Source: an uncultured bacterium
GTDB taxonomy: Bacteria > Verrucomicrobiota > Verrucomicrobiia > Limisphaerales > UBA8199
DNA: 64,000 bases
Assembly: GCA_963749495.1 (NCBI GenBank)
Contig: CAVVMW010000015.1
Coordinates: forward strand, 352,001-416,000
Direction of reading: 5' to 3'
The position numbers and the translations under genes were made by a program. Shown in pieces: positions 38,762 to 50,700 of this stretch. Within the stretch, counting starts at the first letter, position 1; every line of letters starts with the position of its first letter. The notes under the pieces were generated by a model. It made no database searches and was not told where the DNA came from. It saw nothing but the letters and a program-made list of their open reading frames with translations.

Positions 38762-41262
38762 TCACTCCGCCGCCGGGCGATACCAGAGTGATCGCCAGTA
38801 CCGGGTCTCGGCCGCATAGAGGTCCAGGGGGCCGCCGGCGGCGAGGTCCTTCGGGTCCAGGATGCCGAAGCGGACCATTTCGCGGACCCAGTCTTTGCGC
38901 GGGCGGAAGCCGGGCATATCAAAGCGTTTGATGTGGTCGAGGCGCTCCTTGCCGGCGGCGCACAGGGCCAGGAGGGCCTGGTAGCCCGGGTCGCGGGCAT
39001 CGGCAAAGACCGTGACCTTCTCTTTGGAATTGGGGTCCCGGCACAAGCCCCAGCCGCCCGCTGGCTGGGCCAGCGGCGCCAGCAGCAGCAGGGACTTGTC
39101 CGGACGAGAAAGGTTGAAGACGATATGGCGGCTGGTATTGAGGCGTGGGTCGTTGAGGCTGGGCTGCCAGAAGGAGACGCCGCGTTCGTCGGACAGGCTG
39201 GCAGGCAGGAGGCGGGAGGGGGCGCTGTGGCAGGAGGCGCAGCGGCGGGCGAGCACCTGGGCGGCGGCGCGCGTGGCAGGCCAGTCCTCATCGGTCTCGG
39301 TCTGATTGTTCTCGGCATAGGCGCCGATCATGCCGGTGCCCAGGGCGGCGTAGGTGCCTGGGTAGGCGGCGCCGGTTTCGATCCAGAGGCTGAGCAGCTT
39401 GAGTTGGGCGGCGGTGGCTTTGGCGCCATAGTGCGAGCCGTTGACGAAGCCCAGGAGGCGGCTGGCGGAGGTGCCCAGGGCGCGGGGCCGGTAGTTGCTC
39501 CGGGCCAGGTTGCGGCCATCGGAGAAGAGACCGGCGACGGTGAGCATATAGTAGCTGTGGCTGAACATGGGTCCGCGGTCGCCGCTCAGGATGAGCCGCC
39601 CCGCGCGGGGCCCGCCCGCGGCGCTCTTTTCGTAGCCATGGCAGCTCACGCAAAGGGCATCCAGGATGGGCTGAATGTCCCTGGGGAAATCCAGGACCTC
39701 CGGCACGCCGGGGATGGGCTCGATGCGGCTGGGGGGGCGGCCCGCAGCCAGGGAAGCCGGGGCGGCCAGGGAGGGTTTCGGGGCGCGCGTGCGCTGTTCG
39801 TGGCAGCCGACGCAACTGGTGACTTCACCCGGCTGCACGGTGAGAAAGCTCTGCATGCGTTTGACCGAGAGGTCGTTTTGGTCCAGGGCCACGAAGAAGA
39901 GGCTCCGCAGGGCCGGCACCTCAAGGTAGGCGGAGCCGTCGGGTTCGACGGGCACGGTGCCGACGATGCGTTCGAGGGTGAAGGTGCCGCCGTAGCTGAT
40001 CGGGTCCATGCCCCCGGTATAATGGATCGGCATCGGAAGGGTCTCCAGCACGAGCAACCGCTTGATCTCGCCCGGCTTGACCCCTTGCATGTTGCGGCCG
40101 TCGCAAACGTCGGTCAGGAGCAGCCGGCCGGTGGTCTGTGCCAGGGCCACGCGGTCGGGAACCACCGGTTCGCGCGGGCGGGCCAGGATGGGGCGCGGCT
40201 CATGCATGTGCATGCCGGCCTTGAGGTCCGCCTCGGGCAGGCGAAACACCTCCTGGCAGTGGCCCCGCCCGTCCATCACCACCAGCGTGCCCTCCAGCGC
40301 CGCCAGGAAGCAATCCTCGGAAAAGGCCCACGGGTCGCGGTAGGGGCGCTCGTCGCTGATCCGGCGCGCGTGCAACGTGTCATCCGGCCCCGCCTTGGCG
40401 TCAACCACGACAACCGGCCCGGCGTGCTCGCGCCAGCCGTGGCCGGGTGAGAAGATGGCGACGACCTTGCCGGTGCCCGGGACCGGTTTGGCATCGATCA
40501 TGACGGTGCTGGGGTTGAGGTTGCCGAACCAGGTCATCTGGGCGGTGCCGTCGGGGTTCGCAGTCCAGAGGTGGTGGTAATCAACCTGGCTGCGGTCCAC
40601 GTATTCCCAGCGGGTGTAGAGAATGCGGCCGTCGGGCATGGGCCACGGGGTGTTGTCCTGCTCGTTGTTGCTCGAGATGGGGCGCACGTTCCCTCCATTG
40701 GCGTCGCAGCGGTGCATGACGGCCACTTGCGTGAGCCAGCAGTTGACCCAGCGTTTGCAGCGCGTCGAGACAAAGACGATGTCGCCGCCGGGCAGATAGG
40801 AGGGCTCGAAATCGTCATAATCTCCATGGGTCAACTGGCGCAGGCCGGAGCCGTCGGTGCGGATCTCGTAAAGGAGGTAGTTTTCCGTGCCGGCTTTGCG
40901 GTAGGAGAAGAGGACCTTGGCGCCGTCGTAGCTCACCTGGGGGTCGCGGATGCCCCCGCGCGGATCGTCGAGCAGGGTGGCGAGTTGGCCGCCGGCGAGG
41001 TTCCAGCGGTAGAGCTTGGCGCCCTCGCGCCAGGCCTTGCGATTGGGGTCGTGAGCGTAATAGCCGATGTTCGCGTACCAGTGCCCGTCGGTCTCGTTCA
41101 TTTTCCGCGCGGCGAAGACAAACTCGTCCGCCCCGGCCATCGGCCCTGCCCGGAAGCGGCCCAGGAGTGTTTCGGTGGCCGCGGCGGCGGGCCCGAGGCC
41201 CCGCCGGCGGCCAGCGCCAGCCAGCACCCCAGGAACAGCCGGGTGCAGCCCACTTCACTCAT
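38762..41262 (-). CDS. HzsA-like (hydrazine synthase alpha middle domain) TolB-propeller heme c protein; probable frameshift in signal peptide
   Basis: 'GRILYTRWEYVD', 'GTVPVEPDGSAY', 'VQPGEVTSCVGCHE', 'CVSCH', 'CASCH'. Confidence 0.8.
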
Positions 41263-41580
41263 GGCGCGCTCGCATTGCGGCCGAGCCTAAATCAGCCGGG
41301 CGCTCGGGGGCAAGCTTCATCGAAGCGCAACGCAGAGACCCCGAAGAACGAACCACGGGATACGCGGAATACACGGAAACCGGGAGCTGGCCGGTCTTCC
41401 TTCCGTGTGGTCCGGTGTTCCGTTTGTCCTCTGCCTCGAAACTGAATTGACTTTGAGCCGGCCCTGTGGTAAGAGATTGACACGGTTACAGCCAAAAAGA
41501 GATTGACACAGTTACAGCCAAAACACGATCAGCCACACCTTGGCGATCTTTTGGACCAGAATCACAAAGAAACAAACCTA

Positions 41581-43131
41581 ATGAAAAACGCATATTATTC
41601 GCTCCCGATCGTTGCGGCGTTGACGGCCATCAGCCTGCTGGGCATGGGGGGCGCAGGGTTCGGCGCCACCAGCGGCCCGGACAAGATTCGCCCAACCTTG
41701 GCCGTCACCTCTCCCACCGTCAACAGCTCCGGGACCAACGCCGTCATTACCGTGAAGGGCAAGGCCAAAGACAATGTGGCCGTGGCGTGCGTGTTTTATC
41801 GGCTCGACAGCGGCGACTGGACCCTGGCCACAACCACCAACCAATGGACCAACTGGACGGCCAACGTAACCCTCATCCCGGGCCTGAACACCCTCCAGGC
41901 CTACGCCACGGATACGAGCAACAACCCCTCTCTGACAAACACCGTGAAGTTCACGTACGTGGTGAACGTGCCGCTGGCGGTGCAAGTCAGTGGCCAGGGC
42001 ACGGTCAATCCAAACTACAACGGGAAAATGCTCCAGATCGGCAAGAGCTACACCATGACCGCCACGCCGAAGCCGGGCTTTGCGTTCACTCTGTGGACCG
42101 GCAGCCTGTCCACCAACAAGGCCACCCTTAAATTTACCATGGCGTCCGACCTCACCTTCACGGCTAATTTCGCGGACGTGCAGCGGCCGGTCCTGGCCAT
42201 CCTCTCTCCCAAGGCCAACGCAAAGGTGAGCACCCAGGGGCTCACCGTGACCGGCAAGGCCAGCGACAACGTCGGCGTGGTCTCGGTGTTCTATCAGCTC
42301 AACGACAGCGGATGGAACCAGGCGAACACGACCAACGGCTATACCAATTGGACGGCATCAGTGATCCTCCCCTCGGGCGCCTACACGATTCAGGCCTATG
42401 CCGAGGACGACGCCGGAAACAAGTCGCTGACCAACAGGGTGAAGTTCACCTATAGCTCAGGCGGCCCGCCGAGTGTTGGCTTGGCCCCAGACGCCATTTC
42501 CGGGTTGACCGCGCAAGTCGCGTCACCCGGCCAAACCGCCTTCACCGCCGCGTTCGGCTCCGGCACGTTCAGCCAGACCATGCTCCCCGGCACCAAGCTG
42601 GAAAACAATGCCGTCGGAACCTATACCTACCAGAAACTGGGATCCAGCAACGCGCTGCTCACGATCGTTGACACCGCGCCGCCGTCCAGGGCGAATCATA
42701 CCAGCACCGTGGGGCTCACGTTCACCGGGAGCAACGCCGCCACCTTCGCCACTACCAACCAGGATGGAACGGTCAACACCGGCACCATCAGCCTTGCCAA
42801 GGCGGCCAACACTGCGCCCGCCTCGATCAGCGGCAAGACGTTCCACTCCATTAGTGCTGTGGACGGCACCCATTACACGACCGTCTTTACCGGCACGACC
42901 GCAACCACCACGAGCCCGTCGGGGCAATCCTCCTCCGGCACCTATACCTACAAACAGTACAGCCCGGTCGGGGGCCTGTGCACGATAACCCTGACCCAAC
43001 CGGCAAGTGACGCAGGCGCTGTCAACTACGTCATCGTTACGCTCTCGGCCTCCAACGCAGGCACCTACTTCCAGGACATCATTGCGCCCGGAGGCGCCGA
43101 GCAAACTGACTACGGCACCATCGTGCCATAG
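41581..43131 (+). CDS. Secreted protein with Ig-like and InlB B-repeat-like domains
   Basis: Repeated 'GKA(K/S)DNV.V..VFY.L...NWTA..L..G..T.QAYA.D'; 'ATPKPGFAFTLWTG'. Confidence 0.8.
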   Translation: MKNAYYSLPIVAALTAISLLGMGGAGFGATSGPDKIRPTLAVTSPTVNSSGTNAVITVKGKAKDNVAVACVFYRLDSGDWTLATTTNQWTNWTANVTLIPGLNTLQAYATDTSNNPSLTNTVKFTYVVNVPLAVQVSGQGTVNPNYNGKMLQIGKSYTMTATPKPGFAFTLWTGSLSTNKATLKFTMASDLTFTANFADVQRPVLAILSPKANAKVSTQGLTVTGKASDNVGVVSVFYQLNDSGWNQANTTNGYTNWTASVILPSGAYTIQAYAEDDAGNKSLTNRVKFTYSSGGPPSVGLAPDAISGLTAQVASPGQTAFTAAFGSGTFSQTMLPGTKLENNAVGTYTYQKLGSSNALLTIVDTAPPSRANHTSTVGLTFTGSNAATFATTNQDGTVNTGTISLAKAANTAPASISGKTFHSISAVDGTHYTTVFTGTTATTTSPSGQSSSGTYTYKQYSPVGGLCTITLTQPASDAGAVNYVIVTLSASNAGTYFQDIIAPGGAEQTDYGTIVP

Positions 43132-43184
43132 GGGTTTCTCTGGAGGAACGGAAGGGACTAACGGGACAGAACCCCGCGCTCCCC

Positions 43185-45020
43185 TCACAGAGACAACAGG
43201 TACTCGACGAGGTCGGTCAGGTCCTGTTTGGAGAGGGGCGAGGTCCGGCCATGGCGGTCGCCGGGGTTTCGGGTGGTCAGCACCTCCAGCAATGTCGCGG
43301 CCGAGCCGTCGTGGAGGTAGGGCGCGGTGCGCCACAATTCCACCAGGGTCGGCGTGTCGAACTCGAGCGTGCCCTGGTCGGTCGGTCCGGCGGTGCCAAC
43401 ATCATAGGAGTTGAGGTCGGTGAACAGGCCCGGTTTGTGGCAGGAAGCGCAGGCGGCGTCGGGGCGGTTGAAGATGGCGCGCCCGCGCTGTGCGGCGGGG
43501 GAAAGCTGGCCTGCATCCAGGAATGGGCTGGGCATCGGTTGCAGGCTCTTGAGCCAGGCATCGATAGGAGCGGCGCGCTCTTCGGTGGGGACGGCGAAGA
43601 GGATGTGCTGGATGCCCGCCCGGACGGCCTGCTCGGCCGAGTAGCGGATCCCGGTGCTCATGGCCGGGGGCGTTCTATGGGAGAGCAACAGGCTCTTGGT
43701 GTTCTTGGGATTGCCCAGGCCGTCGTTGAGCAGGTCCCAGTTCAGGCCGTCCACGCGCGCATCCTCGGAGTGGCAACTGGCGCAGCTCTGCCAACCTTGA
43801 AAGCAGAGGGTGGCGTCGTTGAAGAGCCTCTCGCCCTGGCGCAGGTCGTCCATCGTTTTGGGCAACGGGCGCAGCGCCACCGGGGCTTGCGGGGCCGAAG
43901 GCCGCCCGGTCTCCAGGACCTCGAGTGTATCTGAAAAGTAGCCGGCCACATAGACGCGCTCCCCGGCTGCCGCCATGGCCCTGGGGCCATTGCCCCTGAG
44001 TTGAACCCGCTCCCGCAGCCCCACCACAAACGCCAGGTCGGATGCCGTCGTGTCCGCGTCCGGCTCGCCCGAGGCCCGCGCCCGCGCCTTGGCCAGTTTC
44101 CCGAGCAGGGCGGGGAAATCAATGGCGCTGACCTCGTGGGTGCCGGCGTGGGTGATGAACAACCGCCGACCGTCGCCGCTCCAGGCCACGGCCCATGGAT
44201 TGGCCGCGCCCCGATCCACTTCATCCAGGAGCACGGTCCCGAGCAGCTTCCTCTCCCGGGCATCGAGCAGCGTCAGCGCGCTGGTGTTCATCCAGCCCCG
44301 GTCCAGTTGCGTGGTCGGCACCTGGAAATGGCCCAGGTTGTGCGCCAGCGCGGCGTAGCGCCCGTCCGGTGAAATGCGCAACTCGCGCGCCAGGCTGCTC
44401 CCATTGGGCAGAGGCAACTCGCTCACCATCCGGCCCGACTGCAGCTCGACCACACCGACCGTGGCCGAGACCACGGGCGCATTGGCCGCGCCCGAGGGAA
44501 TGTGATGCGCCACCAGCAGGAATTTCCCATCGCCCGTGGGCGCCGCCGAGACCGGTTCGCGCCCAACGCGGATGCGCCGGGTCTCGCGCCGCGTGGCGGT
44601 GTCCCATAGGGCCACCTGGTTGTTGAACTTGAGGCAGACGTAGAGGGTCTTTCGGTCCGCTGAAAGGATGGGGTCCAGGGCCGTGTGCCCGGTGCGCGTT
44701 TGAGCGACGACAGCGCCTTGGGCGAGGTCGATCTCGCAGATCAGGCTCTCCGGGCCGGCACAGGTCACATACAAGCGCCCGCCATCCACCGCCAGACCCG
44801 AAGGCCGTCCCGGCACACGGTAACTCTGTGTGAGCCTGCCCTGCGCCAGGTCCAAGACCTCGATCCGCCCGGCGCAAGCGCCGGCGATATAAAGCCTCTT
44901 GCCATCTTCCGATAGTGCGATTGCCGCCTGCCTGAGCCATCCAGCCTGGTCTCCAACCCCTTCGGCCGCCGGGCGGGCGCCCCAAAGCGCGCCAAGGGTG
45001 AGGATAAAATACAGGCGCAT
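43185..45020 (-). CDS. YVTN beta-propeller + di-heme cytochrome c peroxidase-like protein
   Basis: 'CFQGWQSCASCH', 'DGLNWDLLNDG', 'CASCH', 'TPTLVELWRTAPYLHDGS'. Confidence 0.85.
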   Translation of the reverse strand: MRLYFILTLGALWGARPAAEGVGDQAGWLRQAAIALSEDGKRLYIAGACAGRIEVLDLAQGRLTQSYRVPGRPSGLAVDGGRLYVTCAGPESLICEIDLAQGAVVAQTRTGHTALDPILSADRKTLYVCLKFNNQVALWDTATRRETRRIRVGREPVSAAPTGDGKFLLVAHHIPSGAANAPVVSATVGVVELQSGRMVSELPLPNGSSLARELRISPDGRYAALAHNLGHFQVPTTQLDRGWMNTSALTLLDARERKLLGTVLLDEVDRGAANPWAVAWSGDGRRLFITHAGTHEVSAIDFPALLGKLAKARARASGEPDADTTASDLAFVVGLRERVQLRGNGPRAMAAAGERVYVAGYFSDTLEVLETGRPSAPQAPVALRPLPKTMDDLRQGERLFNDATLCFQGWQSCASCHSEDARVDGLNWDLLNDGLGNPKNTKSLLLSHRTPPAMSTGIRYSAEQAVRAGIQHILFAVPTEERAAPIDAWLKSLQPMPSPFLDAGQLSPAAQRGRAIFNRPDAACASCHKPGLFTDLNSYDVGTAGPTDQGTLEFDTPTLVELWRTAPYLHDGSAATLLEVLTTRNPGDRHGRTSPLSKQDLTDLVEYLLSL

Positions 45021-45287
45021 GTAATGCCTCGGTGAAAGCGGGAGCGGCCCCGCAGGCCGACCCCTCACCCCGGCCCTCTCCCCACCCGCTGCGACGGCGC
45101 GCCAGCGCGGCGAGTCGGATGGGGAGAGGGAGAATTCTCCGGAGCGGCTCGAGCAACCAGAGACGCCTGGAAGTGCAAGGGACTGCCGATGCCCCTCCCT
45201 CTCCCCTTCGGAAGGGGAGAGGGCTGGGGTGAGGGGTCCGCCGCGGACTCCGTCGCCGATTTCACTGACCGGGTACAGTCGCATCTG

Positions 45288-45527
45288 CTACCGTTTCGAC
45301 TTGCGCCGGGTCCGTCCGTCCGCAGGGGCTGGGATGTCTTCGAGACCCACGACGTGAAGCGGATCCAGGACGATGGCATAACCCCGCCGATCGGCGACCA
45401 CCACGGTGCGTGGCGTCAACAGGAGGAACTCCGGGTGAGGCACCGGATATTTATTGCCGCTGGACGTTGCGATGGCAAACGGGCGAAATCCATCCTTGAG
45501 GCGGGCGCGGATGAGCTCGACGTTCAC
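45288..45527 (-). CDS. Small conserved hypothetical protein
   Basis: 'FRPFAIATSSGNKYPVPHPEF', a pattern I recognise from small PVC-phylum proteins; GTG start. Confidence 0.6.
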   Translation of the reverse strand: MNVELIRARLKDGFRPFAIATSSGNKYPVPHPEFLLLTPRTVVVADRRGYAIVLDPLHVVGLEDIPAPADGRTRRKSKR

Positions 45528-45546
45528 GCCTGAAGTGTCGCTATAT

Positions 45547-47427
45547 TCAGGACCCCTTGTCAAGTTTGACGTCAAAACCCATCGGCTGAAGGTTCGAGCC
45601 GTCGGGCATCGGCCAGGGAGCCGGGCCGAAATTGACGGTGACAACCTGGCCGTTGGCGAAGACGGTTTGTTGAACGGACCGATCGGGCTTGAGGAAGCGG
45701 TGATCGAGCATCTCGGCGTAGCCGGCCTGGCGCGCGTAAGGGCAGGTGTTGCGGTAGCTCTGCGCGAAGCGCGCCTTGTCCCGGGTCCAGGAGTTGCGGT
45801 CGAACATGAACATCGGGGGCGTGCCGTAGAGGACGTTGAACAAGTCGCGCTTGTCCCAGAGGGCGGGCAGCTTGTTGCTGTAATCGCCCCAGTACCACTG
45901 GGCCACGGTGCAGTCGTGATAGACCAGTTCCCACAAGGGGAGCCGGCAGGCCTGGCCGAGTTGGTACTTGGCCACCGCCTCCGGCACATTGGTCCAGAGG
46001 ACGTTCATCCGCCGGCCGGCATCCGGCACCCGGTAAGGGCCCAGGCTGAGCATCCCCTCGAAATAGTGCAGGAAGGGCACCGAGGCATCATGGCCGGTCT
46101 CGCAGCCGGTGACCAGCTTCAGGTCCTCGGACATGTACCGCAGCAACTCCATCTTCCACCGCTTGCTCTCGGTCCGGGTCATCGGGTGGTTGGTGCTGTA
46201 GCACTCGTGCCAGGGGGCGGCGGTGGTGGTGTCGATGAACCGGCACTTGTAGGGATGGGTGGCCAGGTCGGCAGGGACGCGCTCGCGCGCGTAGTCCGGG
46301 GCGCGGCGGTCGCAAATCACCCCGCAGTAGATCATCGAGCCGTCGCGCGCCTCGACGCCCCACCCCTTGATCCATTGGCCGCTGGGGCCCAGGATGAGGT
46401 CGTTGGGCCAGGCGGCGGTGGTCCAATCGGGGTGGACGCCGCGCAATTTGGGGAACTGGGCCGGGTCCATGACGTCCTGGTAGATGTCGTAGCGGCTGGT
46501 GAGCACGCCCAGGTCGTTGAGCGCGCGCAGGTTGTCGGGCGGCTGCTGGTTGCTCCAGAGGATGTGCTGGATGCCTGCCGCCTGCATCTCCTTGACAATG
46601 CTCACTGCGTTGCGCTCCCAGCACCAGACGTTGACGGCGCCGATGAGCAGGTCCACGTTCGGGTTGAGGCGGCGCTTCTGGTCCAGTGTCTTGAGCAGGC
46701 CCGCCTGTTTGGCGTAGGCGCGGTAGCGCTTGGCCATAGCGACGTGGCCCCCGCGGTCCAAGAAGATGTAGCGCAGCCTGCGCGGGTAACCGAAGGCCTG
46801 CCTCTGCGGGTCCCACTCGGGCGCGATCACCAGCCGCCCGTCTATCCGGCGCATCTGGATGGCCGCGTCATCGGGCGTCTCGATAATCGCCATCTGCCCG
46901 GCCTGGCCGTCGGTAACGCCCCAGAAGGCCATGCAGATGCCGTGGCCGCCATAGGCGATGAGCCGGTGCAGCGGAACGGCCGCATCCTCGACCGGGTAGG
47001 AAATCCCCTCGTTCATAGGGACGACCAGGTAATCCCCGGGCGCAGTCTCGAAAGGGCAGGGAAACCGCAGCGGGGAGCCCAATTGGCCTGCAGCGGCCAA
47101 TTCCAGCGTCACCTCCGGCTGGTCAGCCAGCACCTCGACGCGGCCTGTCATTTCCAGACCGGAGGGCGTATGAACCAGGCGCATTCGAATCTGGTTGCCC
47201 TCTACCGCCGCGCCGCTCATGACGATGCCTGGGCCCTGCGGCTTCTGGGTCCAGTCGCGCCCGGTGCGCGAGTCGTGCACCCTCAGGGTCGCAGTCGAGG
47301 CCGACAAGGTCACCTTCAACCACGGGTTGGTCACCTCCAGGGCGGCCTCCAAAGGGCCATCGGTCAATGAGGCGCCCTGGGCCGCCGCACAGGCCAGGAG
47401 CGGAATGAGAGCGTAAGTGATCTTCAC
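45547..47427 (-). CDS. Glycoside hydrolase (GH129/GH101-like)
   Basis: Signal peptide; 'SRYDIYQD', 'FIDTTTA', 'GCETGHD', 'LPLWELVYHDC'. Confidence 0.7.
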   Translation of the reverse strand: MKITYALIPLLACAAAQGASLTDGPLEAALEVTNPWLKVTLSASTATLRVHDSRTGRDWTQKPQGPGIVMSGAAVEGNQIRMRLVHTPSGLEMTGRVEVLADQPEVTLELAAAGQLGSPLRFPCPFETAPGDYLVVPMNEGISYPVEDAAVPLHRLIAYGGHGICMAFWGVTDGQAGQMAIIETPDDAAIQMRRIDGRLVIAPEWDPQRQAFGYPRRLRYIFLDRGGHVAMAKRYRAYAKQAGLLKTLDQKRRLNPNVDLLIGAVNVWCWERNAVSIVKEMQAAGIQHILWSNQQPPDNLRALNDLGVLTSRYDIYQDVMDPAQFPKLRGVHPDWTTAAWPNDLILGPSGQWIKGWGVEARDGSMIYCGVICDRRAPDYARERVPADLATHPYKCRFIDTTTAAPWHECYSTNHPMTRTESKRWKMELLRYMSEDLKLVTGCETGHDASVPFLHYFEGMLSLGPYRVPDAGRRMNVLWTNVPEAVAKYQLGQACRLPLWELVYHDCTVAQWYWGDYSNKLPALWDKRDLFNVLYGTPPMFMFDRNSWTRDKARFAQSYRNTCPYARQAGYAEMLDHRFLKPDRSVQQTVFANGQVVTVNFGPAPWPMPDGSNLQPMGFDVKLDKGS

Positions 47428-47469
47428 GCCGGCATTCTATAGAACCGGCGGTCCAATGTCGTGCAGAAA

Positions 47470-47700
47470 GCTCATCCCGGAGGGATGAAAGATGGTAGCC
47501 GGGGGTCGAAGCGTAGCGAGACCCCCGGTCCAAGGTTGATACCTCTCTGCATCCCGGAGGGATGCCAGAAGGAAGCTCGGGCGCCCGGCCGCTGGCTTCT
47601 GGCACCCCCTGCGGGGTGCAGGATCCTTCCCACCCTTGACCGGGGGTCACCGCTGCGCGGCGACCCCCGGCTACCATCTGGCAACCCTCCGGGTTGCCGT
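47470..47700. repeat. CATCCCGGAGGGATG REP-like palindromic repeat cluster
   Basis: Several palindromes (catcccggagggatg, cacccctgcggggtg, caaccctccgggttg) between genes. Confidence 0.7.
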
Positions 47701-47745
47701 GGGTTGCGACAAAGGTCTGCCCGTGCCAGGGCTGTGGGGCAGGGT

Positions 47746-50700
47746 CTAAGGCGGCACGAGTTTCTGGAACTCGGGCATTTGGCGCATGCCGTTGAAGCGG
47801 GCGTCCTTGCGGCATTGAGCCAAGAGGTCAAGGGCCTTGGGGGTGTGCTTGAGCCGTTCAGCGCTCAGTTGGAGGGCTTTGTTGAGCGGGGCCAGGGCCT
47901 CGGCGGGCTTGCCGAGGAATGCCTTGAGGCCGGCCAGGTCGTACCAGGCCTCCGGATTGCCGGGTTCGACCTTGACGAAGCGATCCAGAGTGGCCTCGAG
48001 CTTAGGATAGTTCTGCATCTGCATGAAGACGTTGGCGACCAGGAGGAGGGCCTGGCCCTGGGCATAGGGGCTCTGGACGATGCCGTCGAGGATCTGGATG
48101 GCGCGGCCGGTTTGCTGCATCTGCATGTAGGTCCCGGCCAGGTCGAAGGCGGCCTGGAGGGCGGCGGGATTGGTGCGGACCTGGTCTTCGGCGGCCGAGA
48201 GGTTTTTGCGGGCCTCGTCGAAGCGGGCCTGGTTGGCCTTGATGGTGAGCAGGTCATCCCGGAGCTTGGCGACCTGGCCATTGTAGGGGTCCAGCGTGAG
48301 GCAGGTCGAGGCGATGAGGATGGCGTCGTCGGTGCGCAGGAGTTGGAGGAGCAACTGGACGTAGCGGAACACGGCCTCGGGGCTGTAGGGGCAGAAGGCG
48401 AAGGCCTGGAGGAAGGTGAACTCGGCCTCGCGGATCAGGGCGTCGCGCTCGGGCGGTGTCTTGGGTTGGTATTCGAGGGGGATGCCCGGACTGAGGCGCC
48501 AGGCATAGACGCCGCCGATCGAACTGCGCAGTTTCGAGAAGGCCTTTTGGCCGTCGTTGTCGCGGACGAACTTGAGGTCGCCGGTGAAGCCGTTGTAGTC
48601 GTGGCGCAGGTAGGTCTTTGTGACCCAATCGGTGACCTGCTTGACGGTGGTGCCATAATCGATGAAATCGCCGGTCAAGCGCTTGGAGTATTGCTTCCAG
48701 AAGAGGTGGTCGCGGTCGAGCGCGTCCTGGGGCATGGAGGGCAGCGGGTTGCGATTGATCTTCATGATGACGCCGTAGGGCGTCAGGTAGGGGTACATCC
48801 AGTCCAGCGGGAAGCTTTCCTCGACGAAGAACTCGTTCTTGGGGTTGTGGTCGAAGATGACCTTGGTGAGCAGGCCGTTGATGGACATGACGGCGACCTG
48901 GCCGGAGACCTGGACGCGGTTGTCCATGATCTTGACGTCCTCCCCCTGGCGGACTTGTTTGGCTCGTTGGGCAATTGCGCGTCATGAGTCAGCCGCTTTT
49001 GGGCGTCGGCCATGTACTCCTGGAAGCACCTCTGCGAATCGTCGGGCGAGGGGCAGTAGATCTCGCGGTCGGGATAGACCCCGCCCAGGCTCTTGGCGAT
49101 GTATTCGGGGTAAGCGGCCTCCAGCAGGAGCCGGTTGAGGCGGACGCGGGTATGGCTTTGTGGATTCTGGGCGATGAAGTCGGTGAGGTACTCCGAGAGG
49201 CGCACCTCTTTGAACCGCTCGGGCGTGTAGAAGGGGCCGACGCTCGACAGGCCGGCAATTCCCTTGGCGAGTGCCTCCTGTTTGCGGTGGAGGCGCGCGG
49301 AGGTGCTGCCCTCCAGGATTTCCTGGTCGATGGCCGCTTTCTCGACCTGTTTTTCGGCGATCTGTTGTTTGAGAGCCAGTTCGCGCTCCAGGAGGCGGTT
49401 GAAGTCGCGGGCCAGGCCGCGGGCCAGGGCGGCATCATGGCCTTTGCCCGAGAGGAGCTGGCGGGTGGCCGGGCTGAGGTTATCGGAGAGGTACTTCGAG
49501 AGCGGGTCCCTGGCTTCGCGCAGCTTGACTCGAAGGGCGGGGAGGTCGGTGATGTCCTTGGCGGTGAACCAGGAGGTGAAGGTGCGCCGGCGTTTCTCGA
49601 TGTGGTCGCCCAAGGCCGTGAAGACGGTGTCGAGCGGCCTGACGGCCCGGGCCAGGAAATTGGTCTCCCAGTCCCTGTCGCCCAGGGCGTAGCGGACAAC
49701 GTCCTGGAAGAAGGGGGGAGGGTTTTCCGCGCTGCGGTTGTAATGGGCGCGGATGTAATTGAGGTAGGTGCCGTCGGCCAGGGCGTTTTGGGTAATGATA
49801 TAAACATCGCGGCGGTCGAACTTCTGGTCTTGGGCGGGCTGGCACTCATGGGGAGTGAAGCTCTCGACAAAGATCATGTAAGTGGGACAGAACCGGCCGG
49901 GGTCGGTGCCGCCGAACAGGACGGCGTCCTTGGTCATTTCCGGGTAGATCGGTTTGCCGTCATGGGCTTTGAAGGGCGGGGTGAACATGTCGTGGCCGAA
50001 CCAATAGCCAAACCAGTGGTTGTGCTGCTCGCTCTCCCAGAGATGGGCCATGAGCGAATAGAGCGGCATGGAGGCAAAGAGGCCCAGGGTGACCAAGAGC
50101 GGGCCGCGCCGGCGATAAACCAGCAGCGTGACGACGAAGGCGAAGGCGATGCCCACCAGCAGGAGGCTGGCGAAGACAGGCAGGCCCTCCTGGTTCTTGC
50201 CAAAGGCAACCCCGATCCAGTGGGGCAGATCTCCGAAATTGATGTGGCCGGCCAGGCCCCCATAGTGCTTGCCGGTCTCCTCCCACAGACACCAGATGGC
50301 CAGACCGAAGGCCAGGCCCCCACCCGCCACGCCCCAGGGGCGAAAGCGCCCGTAATGGGTGGCCAGGTAGGCCGCCGTCAGCGCCAGCCCGTAGCCGATC
50401 AGGCAGGCGACGATCGTGTGCGAGGAATTGAAGAACACCCGGATCAACTCGGCCGAGGCGCGGTCATGCGTGGGGTTCATCAGGATCATCATCAGCACGC
50501 CCAGGAAGAAGTACATGCCCGAGAGGCTGATGATCCAGGCCCGCTCGCGTTTCTGCATCTTGAGGAAGAACAGGAAGGGCACCAGGGCGATGAACATATA
50601 AACCCAGGTGAGTTCGTCGGCGATGCCCTCGACGAGCATGCCCAACTGGCCCAGGAAGACCATCGGGTGGGCAACCAGATTGGTTGGGTTGGGCTGTTCG

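Noticed and set aside
38762..41262. Anammox hydrazine synthase
   Set aside because: Only domain-level similarity; no hzsBC/hao cluster, and such proteins are common in non-anammox PVC bacteria
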